Shown in pieces: positions 50,017 to 59,414 of a stretch of DNA of 64,000 bases; the stretch's first letter is position 1, and each line of letters starts with the position of its first letter. The stretch lies in NCBI RefSeq assembly GCF_032191835.1, contig NC_083243.1:173910001-173974000 (forward strand), read 5' to 3'. The notes under the pieces are model-generated. The model was not told the origin of the DNA. It made no database searches and was given only the letters and a program-made list of their open reading frames with translations. The translations under genes were made by a program, and so were the position numbers. This DNA is from Heteronotia binoei. Its lineage: Eukaryota.

Positions 50017-52353
50017 ATGTTCAACAAAAAGGACCCCTCAGACAAAAAGGAACCCTCTTCCCCATCCCAAACAATGTTTAAACCCAAAGAGAAGTTAGGC
50101 AAACTTCAGAAGTGGCTTATCAAACAAGGAGAGAACCCATGGAAGGGAGGTGTGTTTAAAGGGCCAGACCCACGCACCACTCTGAAAAATGCCTTTCAAG
50201 ATTTCTGTGAAGGGTTTAAGCCCCGTTCATCCTCTAAAGACAAGTATGCTGCTTGGGGTCTATGGTCAGCACTGGGAGACTGTGCTGAATATGCAAATGA
50301 GATGCAGGCTAGTTATGAGGAAGCTGCAGAAAAATTGGCAAAACTAGAAAAGGAATTAGCTGAGAGAACAGAGACAATGCAGAGAGACTCCAGAGAGAAA
50401 TTACATCAGCTAGAACAGGAATGGACAGAAAAATTGAACACTCTAAAACAGGAATCTGAGGAGAAACTAGAGGCTACTGAAAGATCCTACATAGAACAGA
50501 TAGACACACTACAATATGAGGCACACAACAGATGGGTCTCCCTTGACACAGAGTTACGTGAAAAATTAGAATTAAAGGAGACAGAGATAGAGAACTTGCG
50601 TGCTGAGAAATATGACCTATTTGTTGACAAGCAGGCTTATGCCTCCTCTTCTTTAGATGCCCAACAGAAACTTAAGGATGCTTTGACCCGTGCTAGTGCA
50701 GCAGAACAAAGGGCTGCAGACTTAGAAAAACAACTCACAGAAACTCAGCATGCAGCCAAATTTTTAGTACAGCACCAGTCTGCACAAAAACTTGAGTCTT
50801 CACATGACGCCTGCAGGAAAGAAATACACTCCCTCACACGCAAATTAGGACTACAGAAGGCCTTGATTGCCTCTGTACATCCAGGCACTATTGTAGACAT
50901 GGATTTCTCTGAGCTAGAGCCTGACAGTCAAGATGCTAAGCACCCACCCCCTCCTTACAACCCAGACTGGCCACCACTTAGACCAACTAGGCCTGGAGCT
51001 GCCCCACCCCCAGTCACCAGTAAACCAGTCAGCACTCAGGCTGACACAGACCCTATTTCTGAGCAAGCCCCTGAACCAGCTCCTGTCCAACCCGTAACTA
51101 CCAGAACAGTTTCCACCCGAAGTGCAGGAGGGAGACTGAATGTTCAGGAGGTCAGTGAAAAGGTACCCTGGAAGCCGCAGGAGGCAAAGGCTATTGCTGA
51201 CCAAATTGGTCCCCTTACTAGGGAGACTGGGACTGCCTGGTTCACTGCCATCCAGAACACCTACCCAAATGCTATAGGAGAAGACCTTTCTCAGCTAGCA
51301 AGGCTCTGTACAAATGGAATAGATGGCCCCACCATTGAATCTGGTATAGCCACACGCCATCTCTCAGCTCTTAGAAACCAGCTTGACTGGATGAGAGAGG
51401 TCGCAAAATTGCTCTGGCCCGGACGCCCACTTGAACATCTGTACATCACAGAAACTCAAGGCCCAGGGGAAAACCCAGAAGCATATGTAGATAGGAAAAA
51501 GCTTTTAGCCATGCTAGCAAGGAGAGTTCAAAGCCTACATGGAACCTATGAATTTGATGATGCAGACTTTAAAACAACGCTTGTTGCAGGACTAAATACC
51601 CAGACAAAAACCATCATTGGCCTACTGGATCCCATTGCAGTTCCTTGGGACACATTAGCAGCCAGAATTAGGCAGGCTACTGACTATCTGAGAGAGACAG
51701 GAGGCCTGAAACTGCAAAACCGTTCCAATCGTAAAAATCAGGAGCCCAAAAACTCAGAGCCAATTCAGGTAGTCACATATGCTAACAATGGGCCTCATTC
51801 ACAATACAGGAATGAGACAAACAGCCGACCTAATGCACCTCAGCCCCCTCCACGCAGCTGGAATAGGGACAGGGCAGGCAACAATAGATACGGACATGAC
51901 CCTGCTAGAGCTGCCCCACCCCAGAATTTTCACCCAGCTCCCCCTCCTAGACAGAATCCCCCTTCAGCTCCAGCACAAATGACACAAGGACTTGCTCAGG
52001 GACCGCCACACAGTCAGGCACCCCAGTATCTCCCACAAGAAACACTGAGAAAGGCTGTTTGGAACCAGCTCAGAGACACAGGAGCTGATATGTCTTACTA
52101 TGACAAGCAACCCTTGCAAGTGCTCCTTGCAGGCCTTCTGAATTCTATGCCCCCTGCTGCTATGCAAAATCAAGCTACACTCATGCCTGCCGCTACACAA
52201 AGCCAGCCTTTACACAGTCAGCTTGCCCAGAGCCAACCTGCACACTCGAGGCCCACAACCCCACCCCAAGCACAGAATTCAAACCCTTTCCATGCCCCTC
52301 AAGAACATCGTGTTTGCCACGACCAACGTCCAGGGCCTAGCCACCAGCAATAG
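50017..52353 (+). CDS. gag: Gag, 778 aa
   Basis: ATG in context ATCATGT; coiled coil at about aa 90-280; PPPPY (50944-50958); MHR-like QGPGENPEAYVDR (51457-51495); PSAP (51961-51972); no CCHC; ends at UAG. Confidence 0.92.
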   Translation: MFNKKDPSDKKEPSSPSQTMFKPKEKLGKLQKWLIKQGENPWKGGVFKGPDPRTTLKNAFQDFCEGFKPRSSSKDKYAAWGLWSALGDCAEYANEMQASYEEAAEKLAKLEKELAERTETMQRDSREKLHQLEQEWTEKLNTLKQESEEKLEATERSYIEQIDTLQYEAHNRWVSLDTELREKLELKETEIENLRAEKYDLFVDKQAYASSSLDAQQKLKDALTRASAAEQRAADLEKQLTETQHAAKFLVQHQSAQKLESSHDACRKEIHSLTRKLGLQKALIASVHPGTIVDMDFSELEPDSQDAKHPPPPYNPDWPPLRPTRPGAAPPPVTSKPVSTQADTDPISEQAPEPAPVQPVTTRTVSTRSAGGRLNVQEVSEKVPWKPQEAKAIADQIGPLTRETGTAWFTAIQNTYPNAIGEDLSQLARLCTNGIDGPTIESGIATRHLSALRNQLDWMREVAKLLWPGRPLEHLYITETQGPGENPEAYVDRKKLLAMLARRVQSLHGTYEFDDADFKTTLVAGLNTQTKTIIGLLDPIAVPWDTLAARIRQATDYLRETGGLKLQNRSNRKNQEPKNSEPIQVVTYANNGPHSQYRNETNSRPNAPQPPPRSWNRDRAGNNRYGHDPARAAPPQNFHPAPPPRQNPPSAPAQMTQGLAQGPPHSQAPQYLPQETLRKAVWNQLRDTGADMSYYDKQPLQVLLAGLLNSMPPAAMQNQATLMPAATQSQPLHSQLAQSQPAHSRPTTPPQAQNSNPFHAPQEHRVCHDQRPGPSHQQ

Positions 52354-55300
52354 GGCTGCCCGAGGTCCTTGCCGTTACCCCAGGAAGTCATAGCTAGATT
52401 AGCCCCTGATGAATGGGGAAGGCCAACCGTTAAGGCAGGTGTTGGGACCTCAGGGAAAGAGTTACCTGCCACACTTTTAGTTGACACTGGAGCTTCACTG
52501 AATGTGCTGCACCCAGAATTGGCTGCTTGTGGAACACAAACTAACAAGGCCACAATTTTGGAAGGCTTTGCAGGAGGGTCCCACAGGACCAAGATCTGGG
52601 AAGACATACCCCTGACAGTAGGAATGCTCAAGACCCTAATTGCAGCTTGTGAGAATCTCAGGGAGGATGCAGGAATTTTAGGAATGCCCTTTCTCAGAGG
52701 ACAGAGCATTACAGTCGATTTGGCCAATGGTTTCTTATGGCAAGTTCAGAATGGACCTGAAATAATATCTGCTATCCATAGATGTGCTGCTCTAAAGGCT
52801 CCCTTACCCCTAGCCCCAATTGTAGGCGACCCTTGGGTGGAAGAGTTTCCTGAAGTCTGGGTCACAGACAAAGTAGAATGTGGGACCGTTAAAGGTGCCT
52901 GTGTTCTCATTGAAGGGAAAGACCCACCCCCTCAGAAGCAGTATAGGTATCCTAAAGAAGCAGAAATAGGGATAGGGAAAACTATTGAAGGTCTTTTGCA
53001 ATGGGATGTAATCACACCCATGCAGTCCATCTGCAACGCGCCCCTATGGCCCGTCCTCAAGGCAGACGGAGTAACCTGGAGACTAACTGTGGATTTTCGA
53101 GCTCTTAATGCAGTCACACCTCCTGTGGCTCCAGTGGTGGCTAAATACAATGAAATCTTGACAGCCATTGCTGCAGGGGCCAAATACTACAGTGTTTTGG
53201 ACCTGGCCAACGCCTTTCACTCAATTAAACTACATGAATCCTGCTGGTATAAATTTGCCTTCACATTCCGAGGTCAGCAGTATGCTTTCAAAAGAACCCC
53301 CCAGGGTTTCCACTCTAGCCCCAGCATTTGCCATGCACACGTGGTTCAAATGTGGGACAAATTGAGCCCTGCATCTCGCCCCCATGTTGTTTCGTACGTT
53401 GACGATATTCTCGTGTATTTTGACACGGAAGAGAGAACACGTGAAATCACAAGGGAGGTCTTAAACCTCATTAGAGAGACAGGCTTCAAGGCAAACCGAG
53501 AGAAAGCCCAATTGGTCAAAACTGAAGTGAAATACCTTGGCCTCTCCTTAGGAACTGATGGACGCACCCCAGACTCTCAGAGGGTAGAAGTTGTTTCTAA
53601 ACTCCCAGCCCCCACTGACCCCCCTACTCTGAGAGCACTTCTGGGAACATTCAACTTCTCTAGGGATTTCATTGAATCATTTGCAGACAAGGCACGTCCC
53701 TTATATGCACTCTTAAAGAAAGGAGTTCGCTGGAACTGGGGACCTGAGCAACAGAAAGCTTTTGCAGAGCTAAAACGTAGTTTGATTCAAGCCCCAGCGC
53801 TTGCACACCCAGACATGACCAAGCCTTTCTACATACAGCTAGCCACTTCAGACGAAAGCATAGGGGCCACTCTCTTACAACAGCAAACAGGCTCTCTAAG
53901 AGTCATTGCCTATGCCTCTAGGAACCTCACCCCTGTAGAAGCCAGATTCAGCCCCTGTGAGAAGAATTGCCTAGCCCTAGTTTGGAGCCTTACACACTGG
54001 GAATTCATTATAGGAGGTGCAAAAGTCATAGTTCAAACCACGCACACACCTCTCAAATACATCCTTTCAGGGAAAGTGCAAGATGGTCAGGTCTCCAATG
54101 CAAGGATTGCTAAATGGACACTAAAACTGGTAGGCAGAGGAGTGGACTACAAGAAAGAGCAAACTGAATCTCCTGCCCCTTATGGCCTCATAGTTTCAGG
54201 GGAACAGCATGAATGCCCCCTCCCTCAGATGAATCACTCTCAGTGGCCAGTTATATGGGGAGAGTCTCTAGCAGAAGCACAGCAGCAAGGCTTTGTGTGC
54301 TGGTTCTGCGATGGCTCCTCCTTCCATGTAAATGGTTCCCCCAAGACAGGCTATGCCGCAATCAGAGTACATGATTCTTATGTTCTAAAGGGCATAGCAC
54401 GTCCACATTCTAGCCAGGCAGCAGAGGTAGCAGCCCTCCGTGCCATCCTGGAATTTGAACCCTCAGATTGCCCCCTGGCTATATATACAGATTCAGATTG
54501 GACAGCAAAAGCTGCAACTGTATGGCTGCCAGTATGGTTAGCAAATGAGTTCAAATCCTCAGAGGGGAAGCCCATCTCACACAGAGACAAATGGATCCAA
54601 GTTGCTGCACTAATTCAGAGCAGGCAAGCTGCAACCTGGGTCACACATGTCAAAGGCCATCAGAAAAATAATTCAGACACAAGCATCTGGAACAACCGAG
54701 TGGATGCACTAGCTAAAGAAGCTGCCCTGGAGGACCAGAACCCAGCAAACCCAGAGCCTAGTCCCCAACCTCTACACCCAGTTACAACCAGACAAAGAGC
54801 AGCACTCCCTGCTCCCCTCTTAGACTTATCTACTCTCCAGGAGGGAGATGAGCAAATCCAAAGCCTAGCCACTGTAGGAAAAGACCCCACAGGCAGATAT
54901 ACCATCGAGAAACTAGAAGGAGTCTACTGGGCTGTGGATCAGAACCGCAACAGGCACTGGATAGTCCCTGTAGAAGTCAGAAGTGATTTAATTCAACTTG
55001 CCCATGAACAAGGACACAGAGGAAGAGAGCTCACCCTAGAAAGAGTTAAAGACACAGGGTGGTGGCCAAACATGAGACAGGACATCGAGCAATGGGTAGA
55101 CAACTGCCTAGCCTGTGCAATGGTTAATGCAGACAACACAGGAGCCAAAGCACCCATACAACACCAGAGAATAGAGGGTCCTTGGGCACGGATTCAGATT
55201 GACTTCATAGGCCCCCTCCCTCTCACATCCCGTGGCAACCGCCATTGTCTGACAATAATTGATCCCTTCAGCAAGTGGGTAGAAGCATTTCCCTGCAGAA

Positions 55301-56199
55301 ATAACACAGCAGCAACTGCAGCCCGCCTTCTTTTTAACAATGTTTGGTCTAGGTGGGGCATAAGTCGTCAAATTGATAGTGATAGAGGCGGAGCCTTCAT
55401 TGGTGACATCACAAAGGAATTATGCAAAGCATTAGGCATACAGCAAAGATTTCATGTGGCTGGTCATCCCCAAAGTTCTGGAAATATAGAACGTACAAAC
55501 AGAACGCTCAAGGAGGCTCTGTGCAAAATGGTTAAATCCTCTGGCAGGGACTGGGATGAAAAACTCCCCATCATCCTCATGGCTCTTAGAGGTACTAAAG
55601 CTGTTCATGGTTTCTCACCACATCAAGTGATGACTGGCAGAAAAATGCTTTTCCCAGAGGCTTTTTGGTTAGATACAAGCCTCCCATCAGACTTGGAACC
55701 AGTTGTAATAAGTGATGCATGGGTAAGGTCCCTGGTCACTGAAATCTCTGCCATTCACAAAAAGGTTGCCCTGCAGTTAGGCATAGCCCGTCAAGCAATG
55801 GATAAAAGACTGGGATGGGTAAGAAACCCCAGACAATGGGAAGAGGGTCAACTTGTAATGTACAGAAAGTTTTCTGAAAAAGAGCATGCCCTCACTGCCA
55901 AATGGAAGGGACCAGTCCCAATCACAAAGAGGATCAGCCCTGCTGTGTACCAAGTTGCCATCCCCAAGTCAGGAGGTACCTGGCTCAAGTTCTTCCACTG
56001 CTCTCAGTTGAAAGACTGGAAAGGGAAGCCCCCTGACGCTGTGGCCAACTCTGCTCCAACTTCTCCCCAGCAGAATTCTGAAAAGCAACCCCCAGATAAA
56101 CCTGGAAAAGCCTCCTCTATAAAGATCAGACAGATCTCGCTGAATTATGCTCCTACACCTGCTCTGATTGATCTGGCTGAGACTATTGTGGCTCTCTGA
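52354..56199 (+). CDS. pol: Pol (protease-RT-tether/RNase H-like-RNase H-integrase), in frame with gag after a single UAG
   Basis: LVDTGAS (D at 52483); WRLTVDFRALN, TPQGFHSSP, YVDD (53395-53406); IAYASR tether; second RNase H DGS/AEV/TDS/RVD; integrase HHCC and D,D(35)E (QIDFIG, DSDRG, NIERTN); KWKGP. No stops or frameshifts. Confidence 0.97.
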   Translation, partial: GCPRSLPLPQEVIARLAPDEWGRPTVKAGVGTSGKELPATLLVDTGASLNVLHPELAACGTQTNKATILEGFAGGSHRTKIWEDIPLTVGMLKTLIAACENLREDAGILGMPFLRGQSITVDLANGFLWQVQNGPEIISAIHRCAALKAPLPLAPIVGDPWVEEFPEVWVTDKVECGTVKGACVLIEGKDPPPQKQYRYPKEAEIGIGKTIEGLLQWDVITPMQSICNAPLWPVLKADGVTWRLTVDFRALNAVTPPVAPVVAKYNEILTAIAAGAKYYSVLDLANAFHSIKLHESCWYKFAFTFRGQQYAFKRTPQGFHSSPSICHAHVVQMWDKLSPASRPHVVSYVDDILVYFDTEERTREITREVLNLIRETGFKANREKAQLVKTEVKYLGLSLGTDGRTPDSQRVEVVSKLPAPTDPPTLRALLGTFNFSRDFIESFADKARPLYALLKKGVRWNWGPEQQKAFAELKRSLIQAPALAHPDMTKPFYIQLATSDESIGATLLQQQTGSLRVIAYASRNLTPVEARFSPCEKNCLALVWSLTHWEFIIGGAKVIVQTTHTPLKYILSGKVQDGQVSNARIAKWTLKLVGRGVDYKKEQTESPAPYGLIVSGEQHECPLPQMNHSQWPVIWGESLAEAQQQGFVCWFCDGSSFHVNGSPKTGYAAIRVHDSYVLKGIARPHSSQAAEVAALRAILEFEPSDCPLAIYTDSDWTAKAATVWLPVWLANEFKSSEGKPISHRDKWIQVAALIQSRQAATWVTHVKGHQKNNSDTSIWNNRVDALAKEAALEDQNPANPEPSPQPLHPVTTRQRAALPAPLLDLSTLQEGDEQIQSLATVGKDPTGRYTIEKLEGVYWAVDQNRNRHWIVPVEVRSDLIQLAHEQGHRGRELTLERVKDTGWWPNMRQDIEQWVDNCLACAMVNADNTGAKAPIQHQRIEGPWARIQIDFIGPLPLTSRGNRHCLTIIDPFSKWVEAFPCRNNTAATAARLLFNNVWSRWGISRQIDSDRGGAFIGDITKELCKALGIQQRFHVAGHPQSSGNIERTNRTLKEALCKMVKSSGRDWDEKLPIILMALRGTKAVHGFSPHQVMTGRKMLFPEAFWLDTSLPSDLEPVVISDAWVRSLVTEISAIHKKVALQLGIARQAMDKRLGWVRNPRQWEEGQLVMYRKFSEKEHALTAKWKGPVPITKRISPAVYQVAIPKSGGTWLKFFHCSQLKDWKGKPPDAVANSAPTSPQQNSEKQPPDKPGKASSIKIRQISLNYAPTPALIDLAETIVAL

Positions 56200-56356
56200 G
56201 GCTACAAGCATTGAGCTACTATGTAAATATAGGAAACTTGACCCTGCACCCCAGCAGCAAGGGGGGGGGCAAGCCTCTGCTATTTGTATATATTTTTCTT
56301 TCTTGATCTTCAGCTAGAAGTACTATGCAACTAGGCATAACCCTTTTCCCTTACAG

Positions 56357-56566
56357 AATACACTCTCCTCCAAGGATTGCACTTCAGGACGAGGTTGTTT
56401 TTCTTTTTAAATTTTTAAATATTGTCATCCCATAGTGATAATCCTTGCCATACAAGCTGGCATGGTAGTCTTTTTAATTTATCTGGTATGTTGGTTAAGG
56501 CGTCAATTCAATAGACTAGAAGCCTTGGCAAACTCAATCAAATATAGTCACTCAGAAGAACTATGA
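56357..56566 (+). pseudogene. Possible env transmembrane/cytoplasmic-tail remnant
   Basis: After acceptor-like ttttcccttacag: NTLSSKDCTSGRGCFSF*IFKYCHPIVIILAIQAGMVVFLIYLVCWLRRQFNRLEALANSIKYSHSEEL*; 22-aa hydrophobic run followed by RR. Confidence 0.45.
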
Positions 56567-59403
56567 ATGCATTACAATTTTCACAAAAATATCTATATAT
56601 GCATATATTTAGGCATATGTGCATATATATCTAAGAACAAACAGAATTTTTTTTAGGAATTTTTTTTTTTTTTTTTTAAAAATGCCAACCTCCAGGGCAA
56701 ACCTGGAGATCTCCAGCTGAGACCTGGAGACATGCAAATGAAGTCTGGATTTTGTGTTTAATGTAGCAGCCAATGAAAGTATTCAAAACTCAAAAGAAGG
56801 AACCAAAAACAAAAACTCAAAAGAGAAAAACCAAAAAAAAACTCTGAGCATTTCCTTTTAGCAAAGGATTGGCTCTAAGTGAAACTTTAGGATGCCAGCT
56901 CCAGCCTGGAGGTTCCAAATATTTGAAGACTGCATTGGAAAACCATAACACATGGTGCCTTATTTTTCTTAAAGCCCTTTTCCCCAAAGAGACATGGCAC
57001 TTAGTTCCAGGCATAAGATATAATATTGGAGGAAGTAATCTCCAGGTTCCAACTGGAGACTGGCAACCTTACAAGAGCAGCCATGTTTCCCCCCTTTTCA
57101 GAAATCCCACATGTTCTCCCCCCCCTTTTCTCTACAGTCTCTCCCTTGCATGCTTAGCAGGAACTACAAGCAACTGCCACACCTACCCATTTCTCTCCCC
57201 TCATCGCTAACAACTCTGCTCTGTACTTGCACGCCAACCCTGCAAGGCAGACCAGGTACAAACAGCACGTTTGTGCAATGAGAACAGAGAAACAGTCCAA
57301 AAAGCCTTAAATGCCAAGGCAAACAGACAAACAGCATTATTTTGAAAACTCCAGCCAGACTTTTTTTTTACAAAACTTCCCCCACAGAGAAACTTTTTAA
57401 AATTAAAACAAAGACCAGTGACCACGTGGTCAGCACAGAGATATACCTTAGACAAAGGAAAGGCAAAGAACTACAAAGAGTTTTTTCTTCCTCTCTCCCT
57501 TCAGTCCAGAAAAAACTAGGGGGGGAAGTCAGTGATTTTTGAATGGAAGTCAGTGATTTTTGAATAAGAATCTAGTACTGTGGAAGGAAAGTCAGAGATT
57601 TTTTGAATAGATTTTTGAATGGAGATTTTTGAATGGATTTCTGAATAGATCCAATGAGTTTTGAACAGAATCTAGTATTTTTGAAAGGAAATTAGTTTTG
57701 AACAGAATCTAGTATTTTTGAAAGGAAATTCTTTTTAACCCAAGTTTGAACAGAGTTTTTTTAAATGCCTTCCCTTTTAAATTAAGCATTTTTTTTTTCT
57801 CTGCAAACAGCCAAAAGCAATTTTTATTCCCCCTTGCTGGAAATTGGGAACTGCAAGCAGAATTTTTAAGCCTCTCATATGCTTCTACAGATTTCACAGC
57901 CAGGCAATGGCTGATACCAGCTTCCCTCTTCCCCCCTCCATTGCATGACGTTTATACTTACAAAAGAACCGGGTGTTTTGAAATTCTTATCTCCTTGTGT
58001 TCTCCTTTTTTTTCCGCTCCATGCAGGGAAAACAAATCCTTTGTTCAATAAGGAAATAAAGGAAAAACAGACTGCTTTTTCTTTCTAGATCACAAAAAAT
58101 CACAGAGAAAGACGAAGCCATCTCTTTTTCCAAAAATGAGAAAAGGAAAAAGTGCCCTGCAACCCACATTTTTGTATGGGGCAGGACTGACTTAATTTAA
58201 AAGGAAAAACAGGAAATTTTACCAAAAAGTATACCAGCATTGCAGAGACACATGTGCTCAGAGCCATCTTTCTTCCTCTGTCGTCTGAAGAAGAAGAGGA
58301 GCAGGAAATGGGTGGAGTCCCACTGGGACAATGAATTGCCTACTTGTGGCATGTAGCTAAAGGAATGCAACCTTTTGTTTTACAAATGGCCCTGAAGAAA
58401 CAGAGGGCATTTTAACCTCATGTGCTATATCTTCCAGCTCATTTACACACACGCCAGCAGTAAAAATGACCCTGAAGACTTCAGTTTGCCCAAACAAAGG
58501 TGTGCAGCAAAAAAACCTGTCCCTTCGGAAATGATGGTTCCAGGTACATCCCTGCTGCAAGAATACAAGGGGAAAGAATAACAGATTTCAAGATGTGCCT
58601 GTTAATTCTGTATATGCATAGACTAAGCTTACAAGAGGAAACTATCAATGTAAATGTACCTATGTATCTTTGTTGCTGAACCCCATTTTGCTGTAGACTA
58701 ATAGAATCCTATGTTCTTTCCCCCTCCCCCTCAAGAAAATGATATTCTATGTTTGTCTTCAAGTTTGATAAGAATATTTTAGCCATGAGTTAATAACTGC
58801 CTGTTTGGTAGTTTAGAAACATTGAGCATATATTTTGAACATTTTTTTTGTGTGTGTAACTATGCAATTTTTGATATCCTGTTAATTAGCAATATAAGTT
58901 TAGTTACTGTTTTGTACTTCATTTATATTAGAACCTATGATTAGCTATTATAAGTGACCTTATATATGCATAGTATAGTATAGAAGGAGGATTGGTCTTG
59001 TTAAAAATGTATACTCTCAGTTTTAAAAGGCAAGAAACTGTCTTTCCCCTAAGCACCTATCCAAAGATGGTTTTGACCATTTATAACTCCCATGTTCTTC
59101 GTACATGCAACCTCAGAGGCTCAGTGTTCATTATCAGAAACATATATGCACACCCCATGAATTCAGCTTAACCCACTAAAGGTTCCAGTTAATTTTTGAA
59201 CTGGCCTGCAGTTTTTTTATTATTATTATTTTTACCTTTTAATTGGCTGCAAGATTTTAAAGCTCCCACATTTTTTCCTTTTCTCTCTCTTTTCCTCTCA
59301 ATCATATTTTATGGCCTGACATTTCTTTCTCTTTCTATATCTGTATGAATGGTTGTACCTTGATGTGAAAAAGAAGTCTCACTAAGAGTTCGCCTCCATT
59401 TTC

Positions 59404-59414
59404 AAGGGGGGGAC
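59404..59414 (+). promoter_or_regulatory. Polypurine tract
   Basis: AAGGGGGGGAC immediately before the 3' LTR TG. Confidence 0.9.

Noticed and set aside
52354-56199. Ordinary Ty3/Gypsy retrotransposon
   Set aside because: The Gypsy-like RNase H lacks its first catalytic Asp and is followed by a second complete RNase H; the RT motifs resemble retroviral ones.
56869-57210. 113-aa ORF as a viral accessory gene
   Set aside because: TTG start, overlaps MITE-like sequence, no recognisable domain.
58330-58625. Cys- and N-glycan-site-containing frame as an env ectodomain remnant
   Set aside because: Two internal stops, lies downstream of the putative TM anchor (wrong order), no recognisable motif.
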